A stretch of DNA of 64,000 nucleotides, from positions 1 through 64,000 of IMG/VR virus record IMGVR_UViG_3300019927_000017; one strand, given 5' to 3'. The notes beneath the pieces are model-generated. The model saw only the letters and a program-made list of their open reading frames with translations. It made no database searches and was not told where the DNA came from. A program made the translations under genes and the position numbers. This DNA comes from a virus. Below are positions 55,051 to 62,350 of the stretch, piece after piece; the stretch's first letter is position 1, and each line of letters starts with the position of its first letter.

Positions 55051-55532
55051 TGGTTTTCCTGAACATCCTTCGGGACAACCGAGAGCAGAAGGGGTGGGAG
55101 TTCGAAGACCACCCGGCGAAGGTGCAGAACGAAACCATCACGACCGGCGACTACACTCTCGCCGAGTTCTGTGAACACGACGAAGAGAACGATACTTATT
55201 ATCCGAACTACGCAGTCGAGAGGAAGGCCGGACAGGATTTCGTCAGTAGCGTCACCCGTGACCGTGACCGCTTCCTCAAGGAAGTCAAGCGTGCTTCGGA
55301 CTGGGATTCGGAACTGCTCGTGCTTATCGAGGAACCCAAGACGCTGTTCAAGCGTCAGCAGGGCTTCATGCGATACCGTGACGTTTCTTCCGCCCAGTTG
55401 TTCGGGACTGTGGAGAAGTGGGAACGGTACTACAACGTCGAGTTTAGGTTTGTCGGGACTCGGCAACGTGGGATGCAAATCACGTTCGATGCTCTTTCTT
55501 CCCGACTTCGTTCACTCCTCACTTCGGAGTAG
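55050..55532 (+). CDS. ERCC4-type (XPF/Mus81-like) nuclease
   Basis: TGDYTL ... AVERKAGQDFVSS matches the ERCC4 signature GDY..ERK..D. Confidence 0.8.
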   Translation: MVFLNILRDNREQKGWEFEDHPAKVQNETITTGDYTLAEFCEHDEENDTYYPNYAVERKAGQDFVSSVTRDRDRFLKEVKRASDWDSELLVLIEEPKTLFKRQQGFMRYRDVSSAQLFGTVEKWERYYNVEFRFVGTRQRGMQITFDALSSRLRSLLTSE

Positions 55533-55671
55533 CCATTTTGCCCCGAAGCAAGTAATTCTCGAATAGCCGTTAACGCTGTCCCGTGGAAAGCCTTATAAAT
55601 GAGCCTCCTCAAAGGGCACGTATCGGGCCTGAAATCGCCGATTTGCGCTGAAGCGACCTCGTATTTCACGA

Positions 55672-55727
55672 CAGCGTTGAGGGCGCTGTCCCGTAGGGGT
55701 CCGCCGGTTCGAATCCGGTCCCACGCA
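55672..55727 (+). other. 3' fragment of tRNA-Leu (anticodon GAG): candidate attP core
   Basis: CAGCG-TTGAGGG-CGCTG anticodon arm, variable arm TCCCGTAGGGGTCC, T arm GCCGG-TTCGAAT-CCGGT, CCCACGC-A. No 5' acceptor or D arm upstream. Confidence 0.7.
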
Positions 55728-55780
55728 TACGAAGGCTTCCGCCTTCTTGCGATTTTGAGGCCCGATAGGAGTATCAACAG

Positions 55781-56938
55781 ATGGAACTCCCAATCGGCCT
55801 TGAGAACTGTGACGTTAAATTAAACGGCGACCTCGACCCCGGCAGAAGCATCACCGTCATCCCACAATCGCACGACGACGTGCTGGATGACAAGCAACTC
55901 ATCGACTACAAGGCCCAGCGAATCGACTTTTTGTCATGGCTGTTGAACGTCGGGAAGCACCCCGACCGCGCCGAAGGCTACGCTGAGTACACCGTGTATT
56001 CAACGGCCTACCGGACAGCCCGCTTCGACAAGTGGCTGTGGCAAGAGCGCGGCGAGTACGTCTACCCACCGTCCAAGCAGGACGCCGACGACTTTCTCGA
56101 CTATCTGGCCTACTCCGATAAGGGCCAGACGGAGAAAGGGAAGTTACAAGAAGGCATCCAGCACCTCGGCAAGTGGCTTCAACACGAGCGAGGCGGCGAC
56201 GAGTGGGAGTTCGACTTCAAGTTCGACGGAACGGGCGGGAATCACCAGCCTCAAGACTTCCTGACGTACAGCGAACGGCGTGCCATCCGTCAGGAGGCCC
56301 TGAACCACGGGGAGATACCCGACTACAACTCCCTCTCAGTCGAAGAACGCAACGGCTGGAAGCACCACATCGCCAACATCCTCGGGAAGGAATACGACGA
56401 CGTGGAGCCTGAAGACTTCGACCGAGTGGATGGCTGGAAGATTCCGTCTCTCGTTTGGGTCAGCCTCGATGCTGGCCTTCGACCGGACGAAGTGAGCAAC
56501 GTCCGAGAGTCGTGGATTGACACCGAGAACGCCGTCCTGCGTATCCCGAAGGCCGAGTCGTCCAAGAACGAAGGCAACTGGACGGTCAGCCTCACGGAAC
56601 GCACAGCGACGGCGGTCGAACGGTGGAAGGAAGAGCGGGATATGTACGACCGATACCACAACTCCCATCTGTTGTGGTTGACGAATCGCGGGAATCCCTA
56701 CGGTTCGAAGTCTCTCCGCCGTCTTCTCCACAAACTGTGCGAGGGAGCAGGCATCGAGACGGCGAACCGCCAGATGTCGTGGTACACAATCCGTCACTCG
56801 GTGGGGACGCTGATGACGAAGGAGCGTGACCTCGCCGCTACGAAGTCACAACTCCGCCACAAAGCCCCGAAGACCACGATGAAGTACGACCAAGTGCCGG
56901 TTGACGACCGGCGAGATGCGCTGGACAACATGGGATAA
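55781..56938 (+). CDS. int: tyrosine recombinase / phage integrase
   Basis: GLRPDEVSNVR, TIRHSVGTLM, LRHKAPKTTMKYDQV (R..H-x-x-R..Y pattern). Confidence 0.92.
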   Translation: MELPIGLENCDVKLNGDLDPGRSITVIPQSHDDVLDDKQLIDYKAQRIDFLSWLLNVGKHPDRAEGYAEYTVYSTAYRTARFDKWLWQERGEYVYPPSKQDADDFLDYLAYSDKGQTEKGKLQEGIQHLGKWLQHERGGDEWEFDFKFDGTGGNHQPQDFLTYSERRAIRQEALNHGEIPDYNSLSVEERNGWKHHIANILGKEYDDVEPEDFDRVDGWKIPSLVWVSLDAGLRPDEVSNVRESWIDTENAVLRIPKAESSKNEGNWTVSLTERTATAVERWKEERDMYDRYHNSHLLWLTNRGNPYGSKSLRRLLHKLCEGAGIETANRQMSWYTIRHSVGTLMTKERDLAATKSQLRHKAPKTTMKYDQVPVDDRRDALDNMG

Positions 56939-56949
56939 ACCGCATCCCA

Positions 56950-57192
56950 CTATACGAAGTCTCCGAAGAACAGGACACCCCCAACGAGGGTGACTGACAC
57001 CCCACCGACGATGGTGGGGAATCGGCCTTCGTTTTCTTCTTCGTAGGTCACGCTGTCGGTGCAGGTCGGTGGGTTGGTCGAAAGGTCGTGTTCGGTGCAG
57101 TCCTGATGCTCAGTCATCGGTGGCATCACGAGGACTCCGTAACCGAGGATAGCCACACCTACGACTAACAGGAGCAGATTTTTATTTACCAT
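56950..57192 (-). CDS. two-TM membrane protein (80 aa)
   Basis: LLLLVVGVAILGYGVLV and GGVSVTLVGGVLFF. Confidence 0.55.
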   Translation of the reverse strand: MVNKNLLLLVVGVAILGYGVLVMPPMTEHQDCTEHDLSTNPPTCTDSVTYEEENEGRFPTIVGGVSVTLVGGVLFFGDFV

Positions 57193-57340
57193 CTACCTTC
57201 TCCTTTGCACAATCCTGACACGCGAACTTCACGTTTGGGTCTACGGGATTGGGGTCGGTGGCTACTCTCCAACCGTCTTCAGTTTGCTCGATGGGAGTGC
57301 CGTTGAGTCGAAGCATCCCACAGATTTCGCAGTCAGCCAT
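57182..57340 (-). CDS. tiny zinc-ribbon ORF (52 aa)
   Basis: MADCEICGM...FACQDCAKE. Coupled at both ends. Confidence 0.4.
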   Translation of the reverse strand: MADCEICGMLRLNGTPIEQTEDGWRVATDPNPVDPNVKFACQDCAKEKVDGK

Positions 57341-57770
57341 GCATCGGGTCCACTACCGGGGCGTAGGCCCGAAGCATCTCTTCGAGCGTTTCTTGAACTT
57401 CTTCGAGGTCGAAGCGGTCGGGGCTGTGGGCTTGGTCGAAGACCGCATCGACCAGTTCTTCAGCGCCAGCATCGACCAGCGCGAAGTCTCTCGCTTCGAG
57501 GTCGGCCACCACGTCGGGGTTGTTCCGCAGGACTCGAAGTGCCATCTGTTCGAGGTAACTGTCTTCGGGCTTCGCCATCGCCATGACGTAGAAGCCGTTG
57601 CGAGTCTCCCGCATCTTCTTCGCGGCGACCTTATCGCTGTCATAATCCTCTCGGAACTGCCGCTTCGCCGCTCCGATTGCCCCGTTCGGAGTGGCCGACA
57701 GCCCCTCTTCGATGAAGTACACTTGAACGTCGGTCTGTGCTTGGTACACGTTGTCGAGGTCGATTGTCAT
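57333..57770 (-). CDS. hypothetical protein (145 aa)
   Basis: ORF track. Contains DSDKVA encoded by the 16-mer. Confidence 0.6.
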   Translation of the reverse strand: MTIDLDNVYQAQTDVQVYFIEEGLSATPNGAIGAAKRQFREDYDSDKVAAKKMRETRNGFYVMAMAKPEDSYLEQMALRVLRNNPDVVADLEARDFALVDAGAEELVDAVFDQAHSPDRFDLEEVQETLEEMLRAYAPVVDPMHG

Positions 57771-57913
57771 GATTGTAGTTTCGCTCTTGCTAATGCTCGC
57801 GCCGAGATGGCGAGTTTTCGATTCATCGCGTATCGCTCTCTGTCACCGCTCTGCGCGGCGTTGTCGAAAGCCTGCGCTGTGCGGATTAGTTTTTGAAATG
57901 TCCAGTCTGTCAT
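57767..57913 (-). CDS. small basic helical ORF (48 aa)
   Basis: MTDWTFQKLIRTAQAFDNAAQ... ATGA coupling at both ends. Confidence 0.35.
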   Translation of the reverse strand: MTDWTFQKLIRTAQAFDNAAQSGDRERYAMNRKLAISARALARAKLQS

Positions 57914-58341
57914 GGCCGGAAGTGCAACCCCCAGTCTTCGTAGGTGATAGTCACCTGACCGCAGTCCGGGTCAGGCTCTATGTCGAAGGTCACTTCATCG
58001 GGGAAGTTGTGGAAGGCTTCCTCGATACTGACGACCTTCTCAGCAACATCGTCGTCGTTCTCTTCCCACTCGGTGATGTCGTGGAGTTCTATCTCCACGC
58101 CACTTGGCGATTCGAGCGTGCTGTACTCGAACCGATAAGTGCGCGTTTCTTCGCACTCCCACCCTTCGCCGTGCCGACCTTCGGCGTACTGACATTGCTC
58201 GTGGAAGATTGCCGCGCCGTCTTCGATGACCGGGTTGTCCATGTCACCGGGCCGCCACTCGTGGTCGTGACTTCGGTCGGGAGCGTTCCACGGCGCTCGT
58301 GGGTCGCCAGCCGACGTTCCCGGCGGGTAGTTACCGCCCAT
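57910..58341 (-). CDS. hypothetical protein (143 aa)
   Basis: ORF track. Confidence 0.6.
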   Translation of the reverse strand: MGGNYPPGTSAGDPRAPWNAPDRSHDHEWRPGDMDNPVIEDGAAIFHEQCQYAEGRHGEGWECEETRTYRFEYSTLESPSGVEIELHDITEWEENDDDVAEKVVSIEEAFHNFPDEVTFDIEPDPDCGQVTITYEDWGLHFRP

Positions 58342-58586
58342 CGTCTTCCTCCAACAGGTCGAGGTCGTAGACCCCGCCAGCGGTCGTGTTCTCGTAGGCT
58401 CCGTCGTAGTTGAAACTCACCACGACCGAACCGTTGCGACCACGGTGGACAGCCTCGCCGTTGAAGGCTCCGGTGTCGTTCAGTTCGTCAGCGTCATCGA
58501 AGACGTGACGGTCGCCGTTGCGAAGCGATGCTACTATCCGTCCCGTCGTGCTGTTCGAACTCGTGAACGTAGTAGTCGTCAGTCAT
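58331..58586 (-). pseudogene. gene split over two reading frames (frameshift, programmed or mutational)
   Basis: The well-coupled ATG at 58586 opens a 30-codon frame. A second frame without any start codon continues protein-like (…RNGDRHVFDDADELNDTGAF…LLEEDDGR) to a stop overlapping the next ATG. Confidence 0.3.
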
Positions 58587-58731
58587 CGTATCCCACCCGG
58601 TAAGCGTCAGCCTCTTCGTCGTACTCGACTGGTCGCATCCCTGAAATCAGGTTCAGGATAGCGTTCGCGGTCCCTTCGTCGGGTAGTTCTATGCTGGTAC
58701 ATCCGGTTTCCATCGGTGATTCGTGTCCCAT
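58579..58731 (-). CDS. small ORF (50 aa)
   Basis: MGHESPMETGCTSIELPDEG... 8-nt overlap downstream. Confidence 0.4.
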   Translation of the reverse strand: MGHESPMETGCTSIELPDEGTANAILNLISGMRPVEYDEEADAYRVGYDD

Positions 58732-58734
58732 GAT

Positions 58735-59211
58735 TTAACTCTCCGTCTCTGAGTCTTCACCGTCGCCTTCATCATCGTCGCTGTGCTTCTCGTCGTAGAC
58801 CGCTTGCTGTTGCTCGGCGTAGTCGGGGTACTCGTCGTAGAGTTTCCCGACGTGAGCCGTCATGTCATCCGAGTCGCCGGGGTCGAGGCCGTCGTCCCGA
58901 CTGTTGTGCCGCATCAGGTCGAGACAGACGATACAGGTCGCGTTGTTCGGGCCGGGGGCGAGGTTGCCGCACTCTTCGAAGTGGTCGCATTGCAGTTGCT
59001 CGTCAGTCCACTCGGGTTCAACTTCGTCCCTTGCCTTGTTCAGCCAATACGAGATGGTCGAGGGAGAACACCCGAAGGCGTCTCCCAGTTCCATCTGCGT
59101 GTCCATCTTGTCGTCCCACTTCAGAAGACGGTCGAGGTCTTTCCACGGTTCGTCTTCGTCAGCGAACATCGGCCACGGCTCGTCGTAGTTGAGGTCTTGG
59201 GCTTCGCTCAT
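58735..59211 (-). CDS. HTH-containing acidic protein
   Basis: TQMELGDAFGCSPSTISYWLNKARD helix-turn-helix. Trimmed to the ATG at 59211. Confidence 0.6.
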   Translation of the reverse strand: MSEAQDLNYDEPWPMFADEDEPWKDLDRLLKWDDKMDTQMELGDAFGCSPSTISYWLNKARDEVEPEWTDEQLQCDHFEECGNLAPGPNNATCIVCLDLMRHNSRDDGLDPGDSDDMTAHVGKLYDEYPDYAEQQQAVYDEKHSDDDEGDGEDSETES

Positions 59212-59576
59212 AGGTTGGTGTCTAACTCTCTGTCCTGCCACTTCTCGGCGACTTCCTTCGCTCTCTCACTACCCGGCGAGTCAACGACATCGGCGAGGTC
59301 GCGGATGTACTCCACAACGTCGTCGTTGTCGCCGTCCCACCGCTGGTCCGACACGCACTTCAGGCTCTTCGCCAGTTCCCGCGCTTCGTCGGCGGTGTAG
59401 TAGGCGTTGTCATCAGCGCCGATGTCAACGACCACGCACCGCTCGTTGTCGGTGACGCCGAGGGTGATGCTGGCTACTTCGCCGTCGATGATGGCGTTCG
59501 ATACGTCGCTCTGAAGGTCTGATTCGTACATGATGTCAGCATCTTTCTGGAGCGCGTTGATAGTTTGCATCTTCAA
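59208..59576 (-). CDS. hypothetical protein (122 aa)
   Basis: ORF track. Confidence 0.6.
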   Translation of the reverse strand: MKMQTINALQKDADIMYESDLQSDVSNAIIDGEVASITLGVTDNERCVVVDIGADDNAYYTADEARELAKSLKCVSDQRWDGDNDDVVEYIRDLADVVDSPGSERAKEVAEKWQDRELDTNL

Positions 59577-59772
59577 CGACGCCAGCCCGCTCCAGAGCGT
59601 ACTTGATGGCGTCGTCTTTCGTCATCATCCAGTCTCCCTGTACTTGTTCATCGGTCTGTGAAGTGACTATCCAGTCACCCGAACCGCGCCGGTCGTGGCA
59701 CAGTTCATACATCCCATCGTCGGTGATGACTCGGGTCTTTTCTTGATTCTCGTCAGCGATTGTTGCTATCAT
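59536..59772 (-). CDS. hypothetical protein (78 aa)
   Basis: The ATG at 59772 is preceded by the box variant GGGGACACAAAC. Confidence 0.55.
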   Translation of the reverse strand: MIATIADENQEKTRVITDDGMYELCHDRRGSGDWIVTSQTDEQVQGDWMMTKDDAIKYALERAGVVEDANYQRAPERC

Positions 59773-59848
59773 AGTTTGTGTCCCCATCAGCCGTGGGCAT
59801 CATCAGGGGTCGGATGGCTACTCCCAACCCGAAGGGGTTGCCCCCTTT

Positions 59849-60001
59849 TCACCCGTTGATGGTCGCCCATTGGTTCCGGCAACTCTTACAGAGGAGACTT
59901 CCCTTGAACTTCCGCACCTCTGTTGAGGAACCGCACTTCTCGCAACTGTCGCCGGTCGGAAGGAACGCAATCTCCCGTTGCGGCGAATCGTTACTGTCCA
60001 T
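59849..60001 (-). CDS. tiny zinc-ribbon ORF (50 aa)
   Basis: MDSNDSPQREIAFLPTGDSCEKCG...LLCKSCRNQW. 11-nt overlap with the upstream stop. A hairpin follows. Confidence 0.45.
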   Translation of the reverse strand: MDSNDSPQREIAFLPTGDSCEKCGSSTEVRKFKGSLLCKSCRNQWATING

Positions 60002-60338
60002 CCTCCACTACCACCTCACTCGCCGCGTTCTCCGCCGCGTCTGCGGGCTTCTCGGCGAGTTCAGCGTGTTCCTCCACCACGTCGATGAAGGTGTTGATGA
60101 TGGTGCGGGTGGTGTCCCGCTTCGAGACTGAGGTTCCCTGCTTGGCGTGCGTCTCCTTCACCAGCCGGTCGAAGGCCAGCGAGTCGTTCTCCCGAAGTTC
60201 CTGCGCTTCGTCTGAGAACGCGGCGCAGGCCGCCGCCGCTCGGAACGCCGCTGTGTTCCGCACCAGTTCAGCCAGTTCGTCGTTGCTCATCCCGCCGAGG
60301 CTTCCGCCTACTTCTTCGACGGGCTGTTCATCAGTCAT
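59991..60338 (-). CDS. hypothetical protein (115 aa)
   Basis: ORF track. Confidence 0.55.
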   Translation of the reverse strand: MTDEQPVEEVGGSLGGMSNDELAELVRNTAAFRAAAACAAFSDEAQELRENDSLAFDRLVKETHAKQGTSVSKRDTTRTIINTFIDVVEEHAELAEKPADAAENAASEVVVEDGQ

Positions 60339-60474
60339 CGCTGACTGCCTCCACTTCGGCGATGTGGTCGGGGTCGATGCCGAGTTCGTCGGCGACGGCC
60401 TGTCTTCGGCCCTCGAACCCGTGGTGTTCGCCTTCGACTTCGACGCCTACCTCTGCTTCGAGCAGTTCACTCAT
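60331..60474 (-). CDS. small acidic ORF (47 aa)
   Basis: MSELLEAEVGVEVEGEHHGFEG... 8-nt overlaps at both ends. Confidence 0.4.
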   Translation of the reverse strand: MSELLEAEVGVEVEGEHHGFEGRRQAVADELGIDPDHIAEVEAVSDD

Positions 60475-61798
60475 TGGAACCACCGTCCGTCATCGCCTCG
60501 GCGTCGTCGTCGCCAGAGACTTCAGCGATAAGGCTCGTGCGGAGTTCTTCGTTGCGAGACTCGAACTCGTCGGCCTTGTCTTTCACCGATTGGGTGAACT
60601 CCTCGATGTTGGCGTGAGCCTTCTCGCCTTCGAGGTTCTGCTGTTCGCCCTCGGTCTGCGAAGCCATCCGCTCTCGGTGCTGTCGGTGAACGTTCCCGAT
60701 GACCTGCGAGGGGTTCATCACCATGTCGTTCGCCGCCTCGATGTACTCCTGAGCCGTCGAAGTGTTCTCCCCGCCCTGATAATGGTGGGTGAGAGCGTAG
60801 GTCGCTCCGTCCCACATCGCCGTCATGTCCGGGGTGAACACGTTGTCAGCCCGCTGTCGGGCGTGGCTTGCCGCCTCTCGGGAGAGGTACGTCGGGAAGC
60901 CAGCCAGTTCGTAGAAGGCTCGGATGTCGTCGTCGTGGTCGAACGGGCTGGCGAAGTCCATCTCCAGCGTATCGACTTCGATGTCTTCGGCCAGTTCGAT
61001 GAGTTCGGCCAGCCGGTTCGTCATCAGTTCCATCTCTTCCAGCACGTCAGTCACCTCGTCTTCGAGGTCAACTTCGCCGACGTGTCGGATGGTCTTCTTC
61101 TCGGTGATGGAGCGGATGGAGTTGTCGCACCGGGTGTCCTGTGCGAAGCCCTCGAAGTAGAGGGCGGTGTCGCCGAAGAAGTCGTACCCGGTTCGGACAC
61201 CGAGGACGATGGGGTCACGGCCATCGTCGTCGTTCGAGTAGTCGATTTGGAAGGCGTCGAAGAGAACGTCCATGTGGACTTCACCGCCCTCCTTGTACTG
61301 CCGAATCTCTCCGAAGATGTCGTCGCCGTAGCCTTCGTCGCGGATGGCTTCTTCCAGCGGTTCGTAGGCGGTCAGCGGGTTGACGATGGAGTACGTCTTG
61401 GTCGGGACGTGCCACAGAGCATCGTCCACCTGTTCGGTGTCGTCATCGTCAGACTGGAACCACGAGCGGAGTTTGTCTGGCGAGTAGACCGACTGGAAGC
61501 GGTCAGTCTCCACGTAAACGGTGTCGGAACTCGCTCGGGTCGCCTCTGCTCCTTCTGGAAGCAGGTCGTTGAGGGCCGACACGTCTACCTTCTGCGCGAT
61601 GTTCTCGGGAACCTTCCACGCCAGTTCTCCGGCTTCGGCCTGTTCGAGGTCACGAATCGCCGTGGCGAGCGAAGTCTGCGGCGGGTCGTCGGGGTCGATG
61701 CCCGCGATGCCTGCCGCGCTGTCGCCCATCTCGGCGTTGTTGTGCGAAGTCAGTCCAGCGAACGTCGTCGTCTCGGTTGGGGTGTTGCTTCGTCGCAT
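60467..61798 (-). CDS. DUF932-like protein (phage/plasmid-associated family, tentative)
   Basis: LGVRTGYDFFGDTALYFEGFAQDTRCDNSI resembles the DUF932 core. The ATG at 61798 is preceded by GGGACACAACC. Confidence 0.65.
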   Translation of the reverse strand: MRRSNTPTETTTFAGLTSHNNAEMGDSAAGIAGIDPDDPPQTSLATAIRDLEQAEAGELAWKVPENIAQKVDVSALNDLLPEGAEATRASSDTVYVETDRFQSVYSPDKLRSWFQSDDDDTEQVDDALWHVPTKTYSIVNPLTAYEPLEEAIRDEGYGDDIFGEIRQYKEGGEVHMDVLFDAFQIDYSNDDDGRDPIVLGVRTGYDFFGDTALYFEGFAQDTRCDNSIRSITEKKTIRHVGEVDLEDEVTDVLEEMELMTNRLAELIELAEDIEVDTLEMDFASPFDHDDDIRAFYELAGFPTYLSREAASHARQRADNVFTPDMTAMWDGATYALTHHYQGGENTSTAQEYIEAANDMVMNPSQVIGNVHRQHRERMASQTEGEQQNLEGEKAHANIEEFTQSVKDKADEFESRNEELRTSLIAEVSGDDDAEAMTDGGSNE

Positions 61799-61881
61799 AG
61801 GTTGTGTCCCGGTTTGTATCATTGCGCTGGGTGGCGCTGATGGGGTGGAGCAGAATCGAACTGCTCGCCGCCCTTTCACCC

Positions 61882-61912
61882 TAAGACTCTACTCCTGAAG
61901 AGTTAAGTCTTA
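61882..61912. promoter_or_regulatory. inverted repeat TAAGACT...AGTCTTA overlapping the stop of 61910..62350
   Basis: TAAGACTctactcctgaagagttaAGTCTTA. Confidence 0.4.
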
Positions 61913-62350
61913 CCGTTGTTGCTTCAGGTACTCCTTCTCCATCGACTTGTACTGGTTCCACGGAACGGTCTTCACATCACCGTTGTTGCGGAACGCTACG
62001 GACATCTCGATGATTCTGCCTCGACTGTCTTCTTCAGAACAGTCTCGACAGGGAGCCACTTCGTTCTGTGTGAAGATGATAAGGCCGACGAAGGAGCCGG
62101 GAAGGGCGGCCTTGTGGACTCCACGCTCGATGGGATAACCCGTCTCCTTTTTCACGAACGTCGTTTCGAACTCACCGGGAACGTGGTCCCGGTAATCGTG
62201 TCCGTTCTCTTCACAGACATCGTACTCTTCGTCGTCCCCCTCGGCGACCTTATCGCTGTCACCATCACGGTTGCCACAACTCAGTCCAGCGAAGACGACT
62301 GCCGCCCCGAGGAGCAGGGTAGCGACCAGACCGAAGACGACCTCACTCAT
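61910..62350 (-). CDS. exported/membrane-anchored protein (N-terminal hydrophobic segment then Cys)
   Basis: MSEVVFGLVATLLLGAAVVFAGLSCG... Contains DSDKVA encoded by the 16-mer. Confidence 0.6.
   Translation of the reverse strand: MSEVVFGLVATLLLGAAVVFAGLSCGNRDGDSDKVAEGDDEEYDVCEENGHDYRDHVPGEFETTFVKKETGYPIERGVHKAALPGSFVGLIIFTQNEVAPCRDCSEEDSRGRIIEMSVAFRNNGDVKTVPWNQYKSMEKEYLKQQR

Larger units (their letters stand above)
55672..56938 (+). mobile_element. site-specific integration module (tRNA-fragment att site + tyrosine integrase)
   Basis: The att-like tRNA fragment lies 54 nt upstream of int. Confidence 0.7.
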
